NCBI GenBank assembly: GCA_001600695.1
Contig: BCKQ01000005.1
Location: 1-64,000, forward strand
Source: Ascoidea asiatica JCM 7603
Taxonomy: Eukaryota; Fungi; Ascomycota
Direction: 5' to 3'
Length of the DNA: 64,000 nt
The stretch's first letter is position 1. Every line of letters begins with the position of its first letter. A model generated the notes under the pieces. It did not search any database, had not been told where the DNA came from, and saw nothing but the letters and a program-made list of their open reading frames with translations. Shown here one piece after another: positions 1-12,100 of the stretch. Made by a program: the position numbers and the translations under genes.

Positions 1-95
1 ATCCAACATCAACTGTCATCCAACATCAACTGTCATCCAACACCAACTGTCATCCAACACCAACTGTCATCCAACATCAACTGTCATCCAACATC
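1..95. repeat. 17-bp tandem repeat ATCCAACA(T/C)CAACTGTC, about 5.6 copies, running off the window start
   Basis: Units at 1, 18, 35, 52, 69 and a partial unit at 86; copies 3 and 4 carry C instead of T at unit position 9. Confidence 0.95.
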
Positions 96-530
96 TTATT
101 AAATAGTTAAGTAGTTTACTAAATGATTTAATTATAATAACATGTTATTTGTTTTGTGAAGTTGTAATATAATTCAGTTGTCTAATATTTTTTATAATTC
201 TATTAAAAAGACCCTTTTTCAAATTTTGGTTAAAGCTTAAAAATGTCGGACATTTCTGTCGACAAATATGTCCTAGGCTCCTTCAGTTTTAATCTTTTTA
301 ATCAGGAAACTATTAAAAATCCAGTTAAAAAAGTAATTAAAACCCTTCGTTTTCTGGCCACTTTAAACGTGCCACATTCAAAATTTTCTTGCCTGCGGCC
401 CCCATGGCTAAGGCGTGGCGTTATTTTTTTTTTGATCTACGTTCTTACTAAAATGCCAAAAGTCGAAAGTTGAAAAACGGGCGATTAAAATAACTTCCTT
501 AAGTATGCATATTTGTTGCTGGACTATATG

Positions 531-1748
531 CACTTAAAAACTAGTTTACTTCTTGTAGGATTTAAAAACGGTGAATTCAGAATATATCATTTATCACAAT
601 TTTCATCAATTCAGCAATTAACAATGGGAGAAAATGAAATTAACACGCTTAGTATAAATTCTTCCGGTGAATGGCTTGCATTTCTATCATCAAAATTAGC
701 TCATTTATCACTTTATGAATGCGAATCAGAATCATATATAATAAAATAGAAACGACATTTTGACTCAATGAATTCAGTTTCTTATTCACTTAATGGTTGA
801 AAAAGTGTAACATGATCAGATGATGCAAAAATTAAGATATGGGATGTAATTTCAGAATTTTGTATAAATACATTTACTGAAAATAAAAGTGCTGTTACAA
901 ATGTTCAATTTAGTAAAAAAGGAAATGATATTCTTCATAATGGTACAATAATAGCATACGATATAATTCCTTATAGAACTTTTCCAACACTTACAGCACA
1001 TAGTAGAGTTAGATTTTCGTAATTAGCAAGTGATCTGGAGAACTTATTGCAGCTCAGTATATAGTAATGAAATATTTCTTTGGTCTCTACAATCATCACA
1101 ATTATTAGATACACTTTCAGGTAACGAAAGTCATGTAGCATATCTTGCAATGGAAATGGAAATTCATAACTTTTATTATGTAGATTTAAAGTATCAGAAA
1201 ATATGTCATTAAATGCTACTTTAGAAATGCTTAATAGTAAGAACTTATCAAAAGCTGGAATATCAATTGATTTAATTGACGAAGATGCAGAATTACCAGA
1301 TCTTGAAGATATAATATATACGAGTTACGCACGCGCTTCCAAAGGTATTGATCATTCACTTAGAATAGTTATACCTGAAATAAGAGTAATGAGTATTAGA
1401 TTTTCACCAACAGCTGAATCATTTTTTGCGGGGTCTACTGAATGTTTATAAAAATATTCAATTGATTCAAGTATTTTATCTGATCCTTTTGATTTAGGTA
1501 CAGACATTACACCAAAAGCATTTCTTGACCAATTAAATTTTATGAATTATTTATTATCACTTATTATGTCAATTTGATTAAATGATAAATATTTATTATT
1601 GAATGTATTTGAAGGTATTTTATATGATAGTATAAAATTTGTTGGACAGAATTCTCCAACAATGTATTTAGAAAAAGTTTTAAAATGTATATCTGAATTG
1701 ATCATTGAATCTTATCACCAATATATGTTTTCCGAAGTAAAAATATAG
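531..1748 (+). pseudogene. PWP2: Degraded internal/C-terminal fragment of PWP2 (UTP1) WD40 ribosome biogenesis factor
   Basis: Translated pieces LLLVGFKNGEFRIY..QQLTMGENEINTLSINSSGEWLAF, K*KRHFDSMNSVSYS, SDDAKIKIWDV, QLLDTLSGNE, MSLNATLEMLNSKNL, PEIRVMSIRFSPTA and DPFDLGTDITP follow Pwp2 order. There are many in-frame stops, frameshifts, an internal deletion near 1150-1200 and no N-terminus. Ends are approximate. Confidence 0.88.
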
Positions 1749-1815
1749 TCTTGGTAATTTTTTAGCAAGAAAACATAGTACGGTAAATTTATCCTGTTGT
1801 CTTTCATTCTAAAAT

Positions 1816-2232
1816 TCATGTTTCAATTAAAGTATATATCAATGTCCACATCATAATAAATGATGTGATACCTTTTGAGAAATTATTTATAAACACATCA
1901 TTTATAAAACTGCCAAAATAATCATTGATATTCTTACTTGCATGCACAGATATTGTAAAGTATATAAACAAATTTATAGAACTGTATGATATTAGAAAGA
2001 AATAAAATCCATGAAGATTTTCAAGTTTCAATATTCCTGCAGTTATTCCTAAAACTAAAGATGTCAAATCATGAACCCAGGATAATCTCATTTGATTGAA
2101 TTTTATATTCGGAGCATATTTAATATTTGATTGAGTTATTTGTAATTTAGGTGAGTTATTGATCTTTTTAGCTTTCAAAGAAGGAACTATGAAAGAATTG
2201 GAATGATTAGAATAATTAGAACTATATCCCAT
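1816..2232 (-). CDS. EMC6: ER membrane protein complex subunit 6
   Basis: NIKFN..LSWVHDLTSLVLGITAGILKLENLHGFYFF and C-terminal SFIMMWTLIY match the EMC6/Rab5ip family. Confidence 0.85.
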   Translation of the reverse strand: MGYSSNYSNHSNSFIVPSLKAKKINNSPKLQITQSNIKYAPNIKFNQMRLSWVHDLTSLVLGITAGILKLENLHGFYFFLISYSSINLFIYFTISVHASKNINDYFGSFINDVFINNFSKGITSFIMMWTLIYTLIET

Positions 2233-2737
2233 CTTGTATGTCCTGTATGTCTATTTGATAATGTAAACAAGTAAGGAATAACCTGATATAAATATTGTTT
2301 CAAATTTTTTAAGGAAAGTATTTTGTTTTTGATAAAAATATTTTTAAACCCACTTATCACTTATTGTTAACGTTACATGTAGGATTACTTTCTTAAATGA
2401 CTGGTCACGCTAAGCTACCGATAGCGCTTTAATTTCAAAACGAACACCCAATCCAATAAAATAGTACCATGGTAGTATCCACTTCCGCTTAGTCTTGAAA
2501 CATACAGTAATAGGGGTAGTAGATTTTCAAGAAATAAAATAGGTTTTCCATTTCTAGATACTTAACTTTTTGAAATCTTTAACAGTTTATGTTAATTATC
2601 TGACAATCTGACAAAGTAACTAAGCTATTCAATATACCTTCTTAATTAAATTATTATAATATTGAGCTATCATACATATTTTCTTTAGTATTATCATATT
2701 TTCCCTCTATAGCATTCTCTTTTAGGAATTTATTGTA

Positions 2738-5700
2738 ATGAGTAGTATTTTAAATAATATCAAGAAAGCATGTTCTATAGAAGAAAGTGCTCCAAAAAGA
2801 AAACATGTCAGAGCTTGTATTGTTTATTCTTGGGATCATAAGGACTCAAAAGCTTTCTGGGATGATTTAAGAAGATTACCTATTTTAGCTGATGAAGTTC
2901 AGACATTCAAGGCATTAATTACCATTCATAAACTATTACAGGAAGGACATCCAATTTGTTTAAGAGATGCTTTAAGGAACATTGATTGGATTAATAGCAT
3001 TTATAAAAATACTATTTCGAACTCTTCAGGAGAATGGTCAAAAGGCTATTCAAGATTATTGAAAGAATATGCTAAGTTTTTACTCAGAAAATTATCTTTT
3101 CATAAAAACTATAAATCTTTCAATGGTGTATTTGAATATGAAGATTATATCTCTTTAAAAACTGTATCGGACCCAAATGAAGGTTATGAAGCCATTTTAG
3201 AACTAATGAATTTACAGGATTCAATTGATGATTTTCAAAAACTTATTTTTGCTTCCATTTCTGATAACAAACGTTCAGAATGTAAAATTTCTGCATTGGT
3301 TCCTCTTGTTACCGAATCCTATGGAATATATAAATTTATAACATCAATGTTGAGAGCTTTATACAAAACTTCAGAATCATTTGAAGCTTTAGAACCATTA
3401 AAAGAAAGATATAATGAACAATATTCAAGATTGTATGAATTTTATGCAGACTGTATGTCTGTTCGTTATTTAAGCTCTTTAATTTCAGTTCCAAAATTGA
3501 AATTTGATGTCCCAAACTTAATCTCACATAGTAATAACTCTCAAAGTGATTTGCAATCTAGAATTAAAGAAAAAAGTGTCAGTCCATCGCCTCCTCCTCA
3601 AATTCATCAAACTGATATAGAAAAAGCACCTGAACCAGAACCAGAACCTATGGATACAAATATTGAAAATGATCTTTTTCCAAACGTTCAATCCGATTTT
3701 TCACAAGTTTTTTTGCCAAATGAGCCTGAAATCCAACCACAGCAACCCATGGCTATGATGTATACTAATCCACAACAACAATTTGATTTATCTAACGCTC
3801 AACAAAAAGTTATGCAGCTAGAGGCTCAATTGAGTCAATATCAAAATACACTTCAAGCTGACCAATTAATGTTACAACAATATGATCAAAAAGTTAAAGA
3901 ACTTGAATCTCAGCTCACATTGTCGAACAATAATACGAACCAGCAAAATCAGGAAAAATCAATGATGATTTCCAACATGACTAGCCAAATAAATATTTGG
4001 AAAAAAAAATATGATTCATTAGCAAAATTGTATTCGGAGTTAAGGGAAGAGCATTTGAAGTTATTGTCGCAGTATAAAAATCTTCAACAAAAAGCTGCAA
4101 GTGCTCAGGAATCTATCAATAAAGTTCAAAAAATTGAAAGAGACTTAGCAGCTAAAAATGTCGAATTAGCAAATCTAATTAAGCAAAGAGATGCCGCTAG
4201 GGTTGAACTTGTTAGGTCTAAGGGTGATAATAACCCCAATGTCTTGAAGTTAGATAAAGAAATTATTAGTCTAAAAGATCAACTTTCGGAAGAATCACAA
4301 CGTTCAAATGATTATTTAATTGAAATCCATAGCTATAGAGATAAAATAGAGGAGCTAGAATACAGGTTAAGAGATTGTGAGGTAACAGATGACGTCAAAA
4401 ATAAATTGTCAGAGAAGGAAGATGAAGTCGAGATTTTACAGCAATCTTTGGATGATACTTTAAATAAATTAAGAGATCTTCAAGATGATAGTGAAATACA
4501 ACTAACAGCTGTAGTGGATGAGCAATTAATAAAACTCGGAAACATTATTGACATTGTATTAAACACTGCAATCGAGGCCATACGGAACGAGATTTATGAG
4601 CTTGAATCTCCCACTCCTGTCAGGCAGGTCTCGACTCCATCGTATTCCTTATCTTTACTAGAGAAGGCTTCTCTATCAGTTAATGAATTTTCTACGAGCT
4701 TTAATGAGTTTTTAATAGATGGAGCTAATGGTGATCCAGCGGTTATCGTTAGTGCTATTTATGACTTCTCGAATTCATTATCGACTGTTATAGCAGCAGG
4801 AAAAAGTATTTTAACTATGTCGAAACAAAAAAATCTTCTAAGCGATCTTTATAAAGGCTATGTCTTTTTAGGACAAGTCTCGATTGAATTTTTAGATAGT
4901 GTTAAATTAGGTGAGTTAATAAGTTTGAGTTTGGATGCAAAAAATGATAAAGTGATTGACGGAAATGTTGAGGTTAATAAAGCAATTAGAGAGCTTTCGG
5001 ATTGTTTGGATAATTTAACTCCAAAATTGAAAATGCCAGACAACCTAGATGATTTGGTGGATCAAAAAATTAATGATGCAGTCCAAACAGTTGCAAAAGG
5101 AACAGATTATCTTTCTCAAATGATTAACGATTCAGAAAAACTAAAGGTCTCTTCAATTGATATTCAAATAAGTAAAGCATTATTGGCAGTGACCATTGCA
5201 TTGACAGATGCTGTGGGCTCATTATTGAAAGCTGCTGCGAAATGTCAGGAGGAGATTGTCGGTTCTGGTGATTATAAAACACGTATTGAATTTTATAAAA
5301 AAAACAATAAGTGGACTCAAGGATTAATATCTGCTGCCAATTCTGTCGCTTCTTCTACTAACTACCTTATAAAAACTGCAGATGGAATTATAAATAGTAA
5401 TAACTCATTAGAAGAACTAATAGTCGCCTCGAATGGAGTTGTCGCATCCACTGTTCAATTAGTTGCTTCTTCTAAAGTCAGAATATCTTCTATGTCAAAA
5501 GCACAAGAAGAGCTTGAAGCATCCGGATCAAGTGTTAATTCGGCATCAAAAGCATTAGTTCTGAAAGTCAAGAGTATGCTTAAGCAGCCAGTTGAATCTG
5601 AGGACGTTGATTTTTCAAAACTCTCAGACTACGAACTTAAGACAACTGAAATGGAACAGCAAATTGAGATTTTGAAGTTAGAAACTGCTTTAGATAATGC

Positions 5701-5761
5701 CAGAAAGAGATTGGGTGAAATAAGAGTATATTCTTATCAAGAAGAGTCAGATCAAGAATGA
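2738..5761 (+). CDS. SLA2: Endocytic adaptor Sla2/End4 (ANTH, coiled coil, I/LWEQ)
   Basis: KKACSIEESAPKRKHVRACIVYSWDHK (ANTH); FYKKNNKWTQGLISAA and EMEQQIEILKLE (talin-like domain). Confidence 0.97.
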   Translation: MSSILNNIKKACSIEESAPKRKHVRACIVYSWDHKDSKAFWDDLRRLPILADEVQTFKALITIHKLLQEGHPICLRDALRNIDWINSIYKNTISNSSGEWSKGYSRLLKEYAKFLLRKLSFHKNYKSFNGVFEYEDYISLKTVSDPNEGYEAILELMNLQDSIDDFQKLIFASISDNKRSECKISALVPLVTESYGIYKFITSMLRALYKTSESFEALEPLKERYNEQYSRLYEFYADCMSVRYLSSLISVPKLKFDVPNLISHSNNSQSDLQSRIKEKSVSPSPPPQIHQTDIEKAPEPEPEPMDTNIENDLFPNVQSDFSQVFLPNEPEIQPQQPMAMMYTNPQQQFDLSNAQQKVMQLEAQLSQYQNTLQADQLMLQQYDQKVKELESQLTLSNNNTNQQNQEKSMMISNMTSQINIWKKKYDSLAKLYSELREEHLKLLSQYKNLQQKAASAQESINKVQKIERDLAAKNVELANLIKQRDAARVELVRSKGDNNPNVLKLDKEIISLKDQLSEESQRSNDYLIEIHSYRDKIEELEYRLRDCEVTDDVKNKLSEKEDEVEILQQSLDDTLNKLRDLQDDSEIQLTAVVDEQLIKLGNIIDIVLNTAIEAIRNEIYELESPTPVRQVSTPSYSLSLLEKASLSVNEFSTSFNEFLIDGANGDPAVIVSAIYDFSNSLSTVIAAGKSILTMSKQKNLLSDLYKGYVFLGQVSIEFLDSVKLGELISLSLDAKNDKVIDGNVEVNKAIRELSDCLDNLTPKLKMPDNLDDLVDQKINDAVQTVAKGTDYLSQMINDSEKLKVSSIDIQISKALLAVTIALTDAVGSLLKAAAKCQEEIVGSGDYKTRIEFYKKNNKWTQGLISAANSVASSTNYLIKTADGIINSNNSLEELIVASNGVVASTVQLVASSKVRISSMSKAQEELEASGSSVNSASKALVLKVKSMLKQPVESEDVDFSKLSDYELKTTEMEQQIEILKLETALDNARKRLGEIRVYSYQEESDQE

Positions 5762-5906
5762 ATTTGAGAAATTTCTAAATCCATAATATAGTTTATAATA
5801 AAACCCATTTTGTTTTTGTATCTATTTTGAAATTTTCAAGCAAACCAATCTTTTTGAAAAACATGGGCATGCTACTGGCGAAATGGGCATCCAACATTAT
5901 GTAAGC

Positions 5907-5914
5907 TCACGTGA
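5907..5914. promoter_or_regulatory. Cbf1-type E-box TCACGTGA upstream of MME1
   Basis: Exact palindromic motif about 240 bp upstream of the ATG; motif match only. Confidence 0.4.
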
Positions 5915-6146
5915 TCTATGCTTTTCACAAGTTCTCTGTTAATGAAATAATGCTAATTGAATATTATCTTTAAAAGAATCTGCAGTCTTTGATCAGAATA
6001 ATCTATTCAAAAATACTTTTAGCTGTAAAAAATCTCAACACTTTCATTTACAGAACTTATCTCCAGATATAAGTATTTGTTGTTAAAATTGTTTCTCGCA
6101 AACAATAAATACTTTTATAGTAATATACCACTTAAGTTCGTTTTGA

Positions 6147-7361
6147 ATGAATCAACTTCTTAGTTGTCTTTTTTTCAATCCTTTGCAAACAGGCACCACT
6201 TCTAAGCTGGAGATAAATAGCAAGAGTGTTAATTCTACTGATTTGGTTCTGGAAACTTTTCGAAATAATGATTCTGGTAAGGATAATATGAACAATGACC
6301 TCGAAAACACCTCTCCTATATGGCACTGTATATTAGCTGGTGCTTTAGGGGGTTTAACTGGAGATACAACTATGCATTCTTTGGATACAGTTAAAACAAG
6401 ACAACAGGGAGCTCCAAATATTCCAAAGTATAGGAATATGTTCAAAGCATACAAAACAATATTTTTAGAAGAAGGTTTATATAAAGGGCTTTATGCTGGT
6501 TATTCTGCTGCTTTTGTTGGTTCTCTTCCAAGCAGTGCTATTTTTTTTGGAACTTACGAATGTATAAAACGTTATACAATAAGAGATCTACAATGGAATG
6601 AAACCTTCTCTCATTTGATATCTGGATTTCTTGCAGATTTTGCTACTACTTTTATTTATGTTCCTTCTGAAGTCATCAAAACTAGATTGCAATTACAAGG
6701 AAAGCATAATAATAAATTCTTTTACAGTGGTTATAATTATAATGGTTTAGCAGATGCCATTTATTTAATAAATCGAAATGAAGGATGGAAAACTTTTTTT
6801 TTCGGTTACAAAGCTACATTGTGTCGAGATCTACCATTTTCAGCATTTACATTTGCCTTTTATGAAAAATTCAGAGAATTGTCTTATAACTATCTTAAAA
6901 CTTCTGGTGAATTACCTGTATTTTTTGAGCTAATAACAGGTGCTGCAGCTGGAGGGTTAGCTGGCATATTAACAACTCCTTTGGATGTATTTAAAACCCG
7001 GCTTCAGACTCAAAATCCATCACTATTAAATCATATTCCCTCATCATTGTCACATCCATCTTCCTTAAATCAAAATCCAAAAGCTTCTTCCTTAAAAATG
7101 TTATTTGAGAAAAAAAGTATTCATACAATTCCCTCATCTGTCGTTAAGAGTCCTAAATCTAATATTGTGATATTGAATACTTCTTCTGTTATGAAAGGAC
7201 TTTATATCGTTTACAAAACTGAAGGAGTTCCTGGGTTATTTTCGGGGGTTGGTCCAAGATTTATTTGGACAAGTTCCCAAAGCTGTATCATGTTATTACT
7301 TTATCAATTGACATTACGAAGTTTAAACGATTTTTCAGTTAATATGAGTGAGTTCAAGTGA
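6147..7361 (+). CDS. MME1: Mitochondrial carrier, Mme1/YMR166C-like magnesium exporter
   Basis: [30 protein letters not shown] and three carrier repeats ([20 protein letters not shown]). The true start may be the later ATG at 6288. Confidence 0.85.
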   Translation: MNQLLSCLFFNPLQTGTTSKLEINSKSVNSTDLVLETFRNNDSGKDNMNNDLENTSPIWHCILAGALGGLTGDTTMHSLDTVKTRQQGAPNIPKYRNMFKAYKTIFLEEGLYKGLYAGYSAAFVGSLPSSAIFFGTYECIKRYTIRDLQWNETFSHLISGFLADFATTFIYVPSEVIKTRLQLQGKHNNKFFYSGYNYNGLADAIYLINRNEGWKTFFFGYKATLCRDLPFSAFTFAFYEKFRELSYNYLKTSGELPVFFELITGAAAGGLAGILTTPLDVFKTRLQTQNPSLLNHIPSSLSHPSSLNQNPKASSLKMLFEKKSIHTIPSSVVKSPKSNIVILNTSSVMKGLYIVYKTEGVPGLFSGVGPRFIWTSSQSCIMLLLYQLTLRSLNDFSVNMSEFK

Positions 7362-7738
7362 GCTCTTCCAATATGTTTTGTATTATTTTAATTTGGTTTA
7401 TTATTTTTTTAATTCTTTTTCTTTTATTTTTCCTTCACATCATTTAATTACCCTAGGCTTATTATAAAGTCCATTTCTGTAAATAATACATTGACTATAC
7501 AATGAAAATATAAAAATATAAATTAAATAATATAAAAGTTTCATATTCTTTACAACCTCAAATTGGTTAAGTAGACCAAAAAATATAATAATTGTAAATA
7601 GATGAAAAAAAATTAAAATTAAAATTAAAATAAAAATAAAATAATAAAAATAAAATAAAGATAAAAATAAAATAACATAAAAATAACATGTATGAGCATT
7701 TTCACAAAATTCTACAAAAATGCAATAAAAAATATTCA

Positions 7739-8714
7739 CTAAGAGACTGCTGGAAAACGAGACTGGGAATTCGATTCATTTGATTCATCTTGCATATAAT
7801 CATTTAATTGAGAATCTAAGTCGTCAATGCGAGCGTCTTTTTCATTGTTAGCACTTTCTTTCATATAATTATTTAGCTCGGCATCTAATTCTTCTACCGT
7901 TTTTTTTCCTAACCGTCCGTTTTTGGCTCTCTCTCTTCCCTTTTGTCTACCTCTCTCTGTTGCAGAAACAGAAACTTTTCTATAAGGAATGCCTAACCTT
8001 TGCTCTAATGGAACTCCATTTTGAACAGAAATTATCTGACCAGCGGCCTTTCTGCCATCAAATTTTTCAATTGCAAAATTATCGAAAGAGGAATCATGAA
8101 AACCAACAAATCCAGTACCTGTAGATCTTCCCGAAGTATCAAATTGGATTCTGGAAAACGATACAGGGGCAATTCTTTCAAATAATTCTCTTAAATCTTG
8201 TTCTGATAAATCATAATGTAAATTTGAAATTTTTAAATAAGGGTTGCCATTGCTTAACTTTTCAAGTTCTGAATATTTTATTTCTTCAATAGGACGGCTA
8301 GAATATCTTGGTCCTGAACGATAATTTCCTCGAGATTTTTTAAAACCTCTCTTTGAATTGGAGAAAAAAATAGAATTTAATAAATTTAGTTATTGTTAGG
8401 TAAATTAATCCAATTAGTATTTTGACATAGTTTCAGAAAAAAACAGAATATTTAATTTCTAATTAATTCAAATTTTGAATAATAAAAAAATACAGTCTAT
8501 TGTTGATTAACAACCCACCAGCCCAACATTAAAGTGAACCAAAAGTGATTGTTGATCAATTAAATTTTAATATATCAATTGAACATACATTTGATTTGTG
8601 AACTGAACCACGATTTCTATTATTACGAGAGAAAGTGCTTTTTTTTTCGGATGGTTTCTTTTCGCCAATTATTTCATCCAAAGACTTTTCTAGTATGGAA
8701 TTCGTAGACGACAT
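7739..8714 (-). CDS. Aly/REF mRNA export adaptor (YRA2-like), two exons: 8714-8589 and 8350-7739, 245 aa
   Basis: Not in the ORF track. Exon 1 is MSSTNSILEKSLDEIIGEKK..HKSN followed by GTATGT at 8588; AAG acceptor at 8353-8351. Exon 2 has an RRM (LKISNLHYDLSEQDLRELF..FDTSGRSTGTGFVGF) and C-terminal KKTVEELDAELNNYM. The phase-0 splice keeps the frame. Confidence 0.88.
8351..8588 (-). other. Spliceosomal intron (238 nt) of the Aly/REF gene
   Basis: 5' GTATGT, pyrimidine tract, 3' AAG; only non-consensus branch candidates (ACCTAAC 8401-8395, TACTAAT 8419-8413). Confidence 0.8.
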
Positions 8715-8938
8715 TGCAGATAATATTTTCTTCAACTGAATTTCTTATTTGATTGTTATGATGATTTAGAGTCTTGTTATTATTGATAATCTAAGCATAT
8801 GTAGTTCTTGAGGATCATTAAAATAAATTTCGGATTTCATTGCTTCACGGAGAATTCATCATTGGAGAACAAAATAATTACCTAATATATCGTGAATTAA
8901 TTTATAGTTGTAATATTCGACAACACGGATTTAATTGA

Positions 8939-8945
8939 TGACTCA
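8939..8945 (+). promoter_or_regulatory. Gcn4 consensus site TGACTCA upstream of leucyl-tRNA synthetase
   Basis: ATGACTCA about 200 bp before the CDC60 ATG; aminoacyl-tRNA synthetases are typical general amino acid control targets. Confidence 0.5.
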
Positions 8946-9147
8946 CTATTAAATAAATTTCCTGTGTTGGATTCAATTGCAAATTCTCATCCGGAATATT
9001 TTTTATTTTCTCCAACTTAAGCTCATTTCGAATTTCAATTCTCTTTAGTGTCATTTCACCATTAAAACCAAAAAAAATTTCTTTTGAAATATTAAAAATT
9101 TTATAAATTTGGTTAGTATAAAGAGAAACCTCAACATTAATTTTGCA

Positions 9148-12100
9148 ATGGCTAATACCGATGAATCTGCTGGAACATTAGTTCTTGAGAAAACAGATCG
9201 TAGGGATTCTTTAATACAAATTGAGAAAAAATATCAATCTATATGGCAAGAAAAAAAATTATTTGAAATTGATGCACCATCGTTTGATGAAATCAGTAAT
9301 ATATCTGAAAACTCAACAGAGGCTGAGATTGATTCCTATTTGGACGATTTGCATGAAAAATATCCAAAGTTTATGACTTCCATGGCGTATCCTTATATGA
9401 ATGGAAGTTTACATGCTGGTCATTCTTTTACTTTAAGTAAAGCAGAGTTTTCTGTTGGTTTTGAAAGAATGAAGGGTAAACGTGCTCTTTTTCCTTTGGG
9501 TTTCCATTGTACAGGTATGCCAATTAGAGCAGCTGCTGACAAAATCAAAAGAGAGGTTGAATTATTTGGTGACGACTTTTCTAAATTTGAAGAATCTGAC
9601 TCAAATGCTTTAGGAACTCCCCATCTAAAGGCTGTTAAGAATGAAAGTGATCCTACCAAATTCAAGGCACAGAAGTCTAAGGCAGTAGCCAAGAAAGGTA
9701 CCGCAAAATATCAATTTCAGATTATGAAATCTATCGGTGTTCCTGTTAAAGAGATTAAGAATTTTGCCGATCCAAAATATTGGCTATACTACTTTCCTGA
9801 GTTATGCCAAAAAGATGTTAACTCACTTGGTGCTAAAGTTGACTGGAGAAGATCTATGATAACAACTGATGTGAATCCTTATTATGATTCGTTCATTAAA
9901 TGGCAAATATCTAGGTTAAGGGAATTGGGTAAAATCAAATTTGGTGAAAGATACACAATTTATTCTGAAAAAGATGGGCAAGCTTGTTTGGATCATGACA
10001 GATCTAGTGGGGAAGCTCTTGGACCTCAAGAGTACACTGCTATCAAAATCAAAGTATTAAATTTTTTCAATGAAAAGGCCTCTAAATTATTTGCCGAAAA
10101 TAAGATTAGTTTAAGTGAAAGCGATAGGAAAATATATCTTGTAGCTGCAACTTTAAGACCAGAGACTATGTATGGCCAAACATGTTGCTTTGTTTCACCC
10201 AAAATTAACTATGGTGTTTTTGAGGCAGATGCTAATACTTACTATATTTGTACCCAAAGAGCATTTAAGAATATGTGCTTTCAGAAGCTTACCCCAAAGC
10301 GTGGATATTATAAACCTTTGTTCACAATATCTGGGTCTCTTCTTATTGGTTCTAGTATATCTGCACCTTTGGCAATGCATTCTCAATTATATGTATTACC
10401 TATGGAAACTATTTTGGAAAAGAAAGGTACCGGTGTTGTTACTTGTGTCCCATCTGATTCTCCAGATGATTTCATCAATATGAAAGAGTTAAATCATAAA
10501 CCGGAATTTTACGGTATACAGAAAAAATGGGCAGAACCTGAACTAATTCCTTTGATTAAAACTGAAAAATATGGCGATAAATGTGCTGAATTTTTATGTA
10601 ATTCAATGAAAATTCAGTCACCAAAAGATTCCGTGCAACTTCAGAGTGCTAAGGAATTAGCTTACAAAGAAGGTTTCTTCAACGGGAAAATGATTATTGG
10701 TAAATATATTGGTGAAAAAGTAGAAATTGCCAAACCTAAGGTTAAAGCTGATTTGATTTCTCTTGGTGAAGCTTTCACTTATAATGAACCAGAAGGTTTG
10801 GTCATTAGTAGATCAGGAGATGAATGTATTGTTTCCTTAGAAGATCAATGGTATATCGATTATGGTGAAGAGGGCTGGAAAACAAGTGCCCTTGAATGTC
10901 TTCGTAATATGCAAACTTTTACCCCTGAAACTAGACATGCATTTGAAGCTGTTCTTGATTGGTTAAAAAATTGGGCTGTTACAAGAACATATGGATTGGG
11001 CTCGAGACTCCCCTGGGATGAGCAATATTTAATTGAATCATTGTCAGATTCAACAATCTATCAAGCTTTTTATACAATATCTCATCTTTTACATTCTGAT
11101 TTTTATGGTAAAGAACTAGGTTTACTTGAGATTAAAGCCCAAGATATGACACCAGAAGTTTGGGATTATATTTTCACCAGAAGAGAAAATATTGCATCTA
11201 GCATTCCTATTAAAAAGTTGCAAATCTTGAGAAGAGAGTTTGAATATTTTTATCCTTTAGATGTTTCTATATCTGGAAAGGATCTCATTCCAAATCATTT
11301 AACCTTCTTTATTTATACTCATGTAGCAGTATTCAAGAACAAAAAATTCTGGCCTCAGGGTATCAGAGCTAATGGGCACTTATTACTTAACAATGAAAAA
11401 ATGAGTAAAAGTACAGGTAACTTCTTAACTCTTTCTCAAATGATAACCAAATTTGGTGCTGATAGTACCAGAATCTGTTTAGCAGATGCGGGAGATTCTG
11501 TAGAAGATGCCAATTTCGTGGAGCAAAATGCTAATTCTGCGATTTTAAGACTTTTCAATCTTAAGGAGTGGATAATTGAAACTTTAGGTAAATTAGATGA
11601 GCTAAGAGCAGGTTCAATTGAAGAAAACTTTTTTGATTTGGCTTTTGATAATGAATTGAACTATTTGATGGAAAAGTGCTACGAGCAATATGATTTAACT
11701 CACTATAAATCTGCTTTGAAGTATGGTTTATTCGATATGCACGCAGCTAGGGATTATTATAGGGATGTATGTGGTAATATTGGGTTACATAAAACTTTAG
11801 CTTTGAAGTATATTAAGACACAAGTTTTATTAATCGCACCTGTAGCCCCTCATCTTGCTGATTACGTTTGGTGTGAACTTTTAGGTGAAAAGGCGTCCAT
11901 TTTGGATGCTCAATTTCCAAAACCAGAAACGGCAGTTAATCTCAAAGTAAGTGATTCTCTTTCTTATATCCGCTCTCTATCTAGATCCATTAGGGAAAGT
12001 GAAGTCACTGCTCTCAAGCCTAAAAAGGGAAAGGTATTGATTGATAAATCTCATCCAGTTAAATTAACTTTGATAATTTCTAAAAACTTCCCAGATTGGC

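Noticed and set aside
1-95. CRISPR-like array
   Set aside because: The units are contiguous with no spacers, and the context is eukaryotic.
243-473. 76-aa ORF as the PWP2 5' exon or an independent gene
   Set aside because: No recognisable Pwp2 or other similarity and no convincing splice signals joining it to the downstream fragment.
7440-7739. Hydrophobic 99-aa ORF
   Set aside because: Non-ATG start; it is the T-rich 3' UTR of the Aly/REF gene read as F/I/L/Y.
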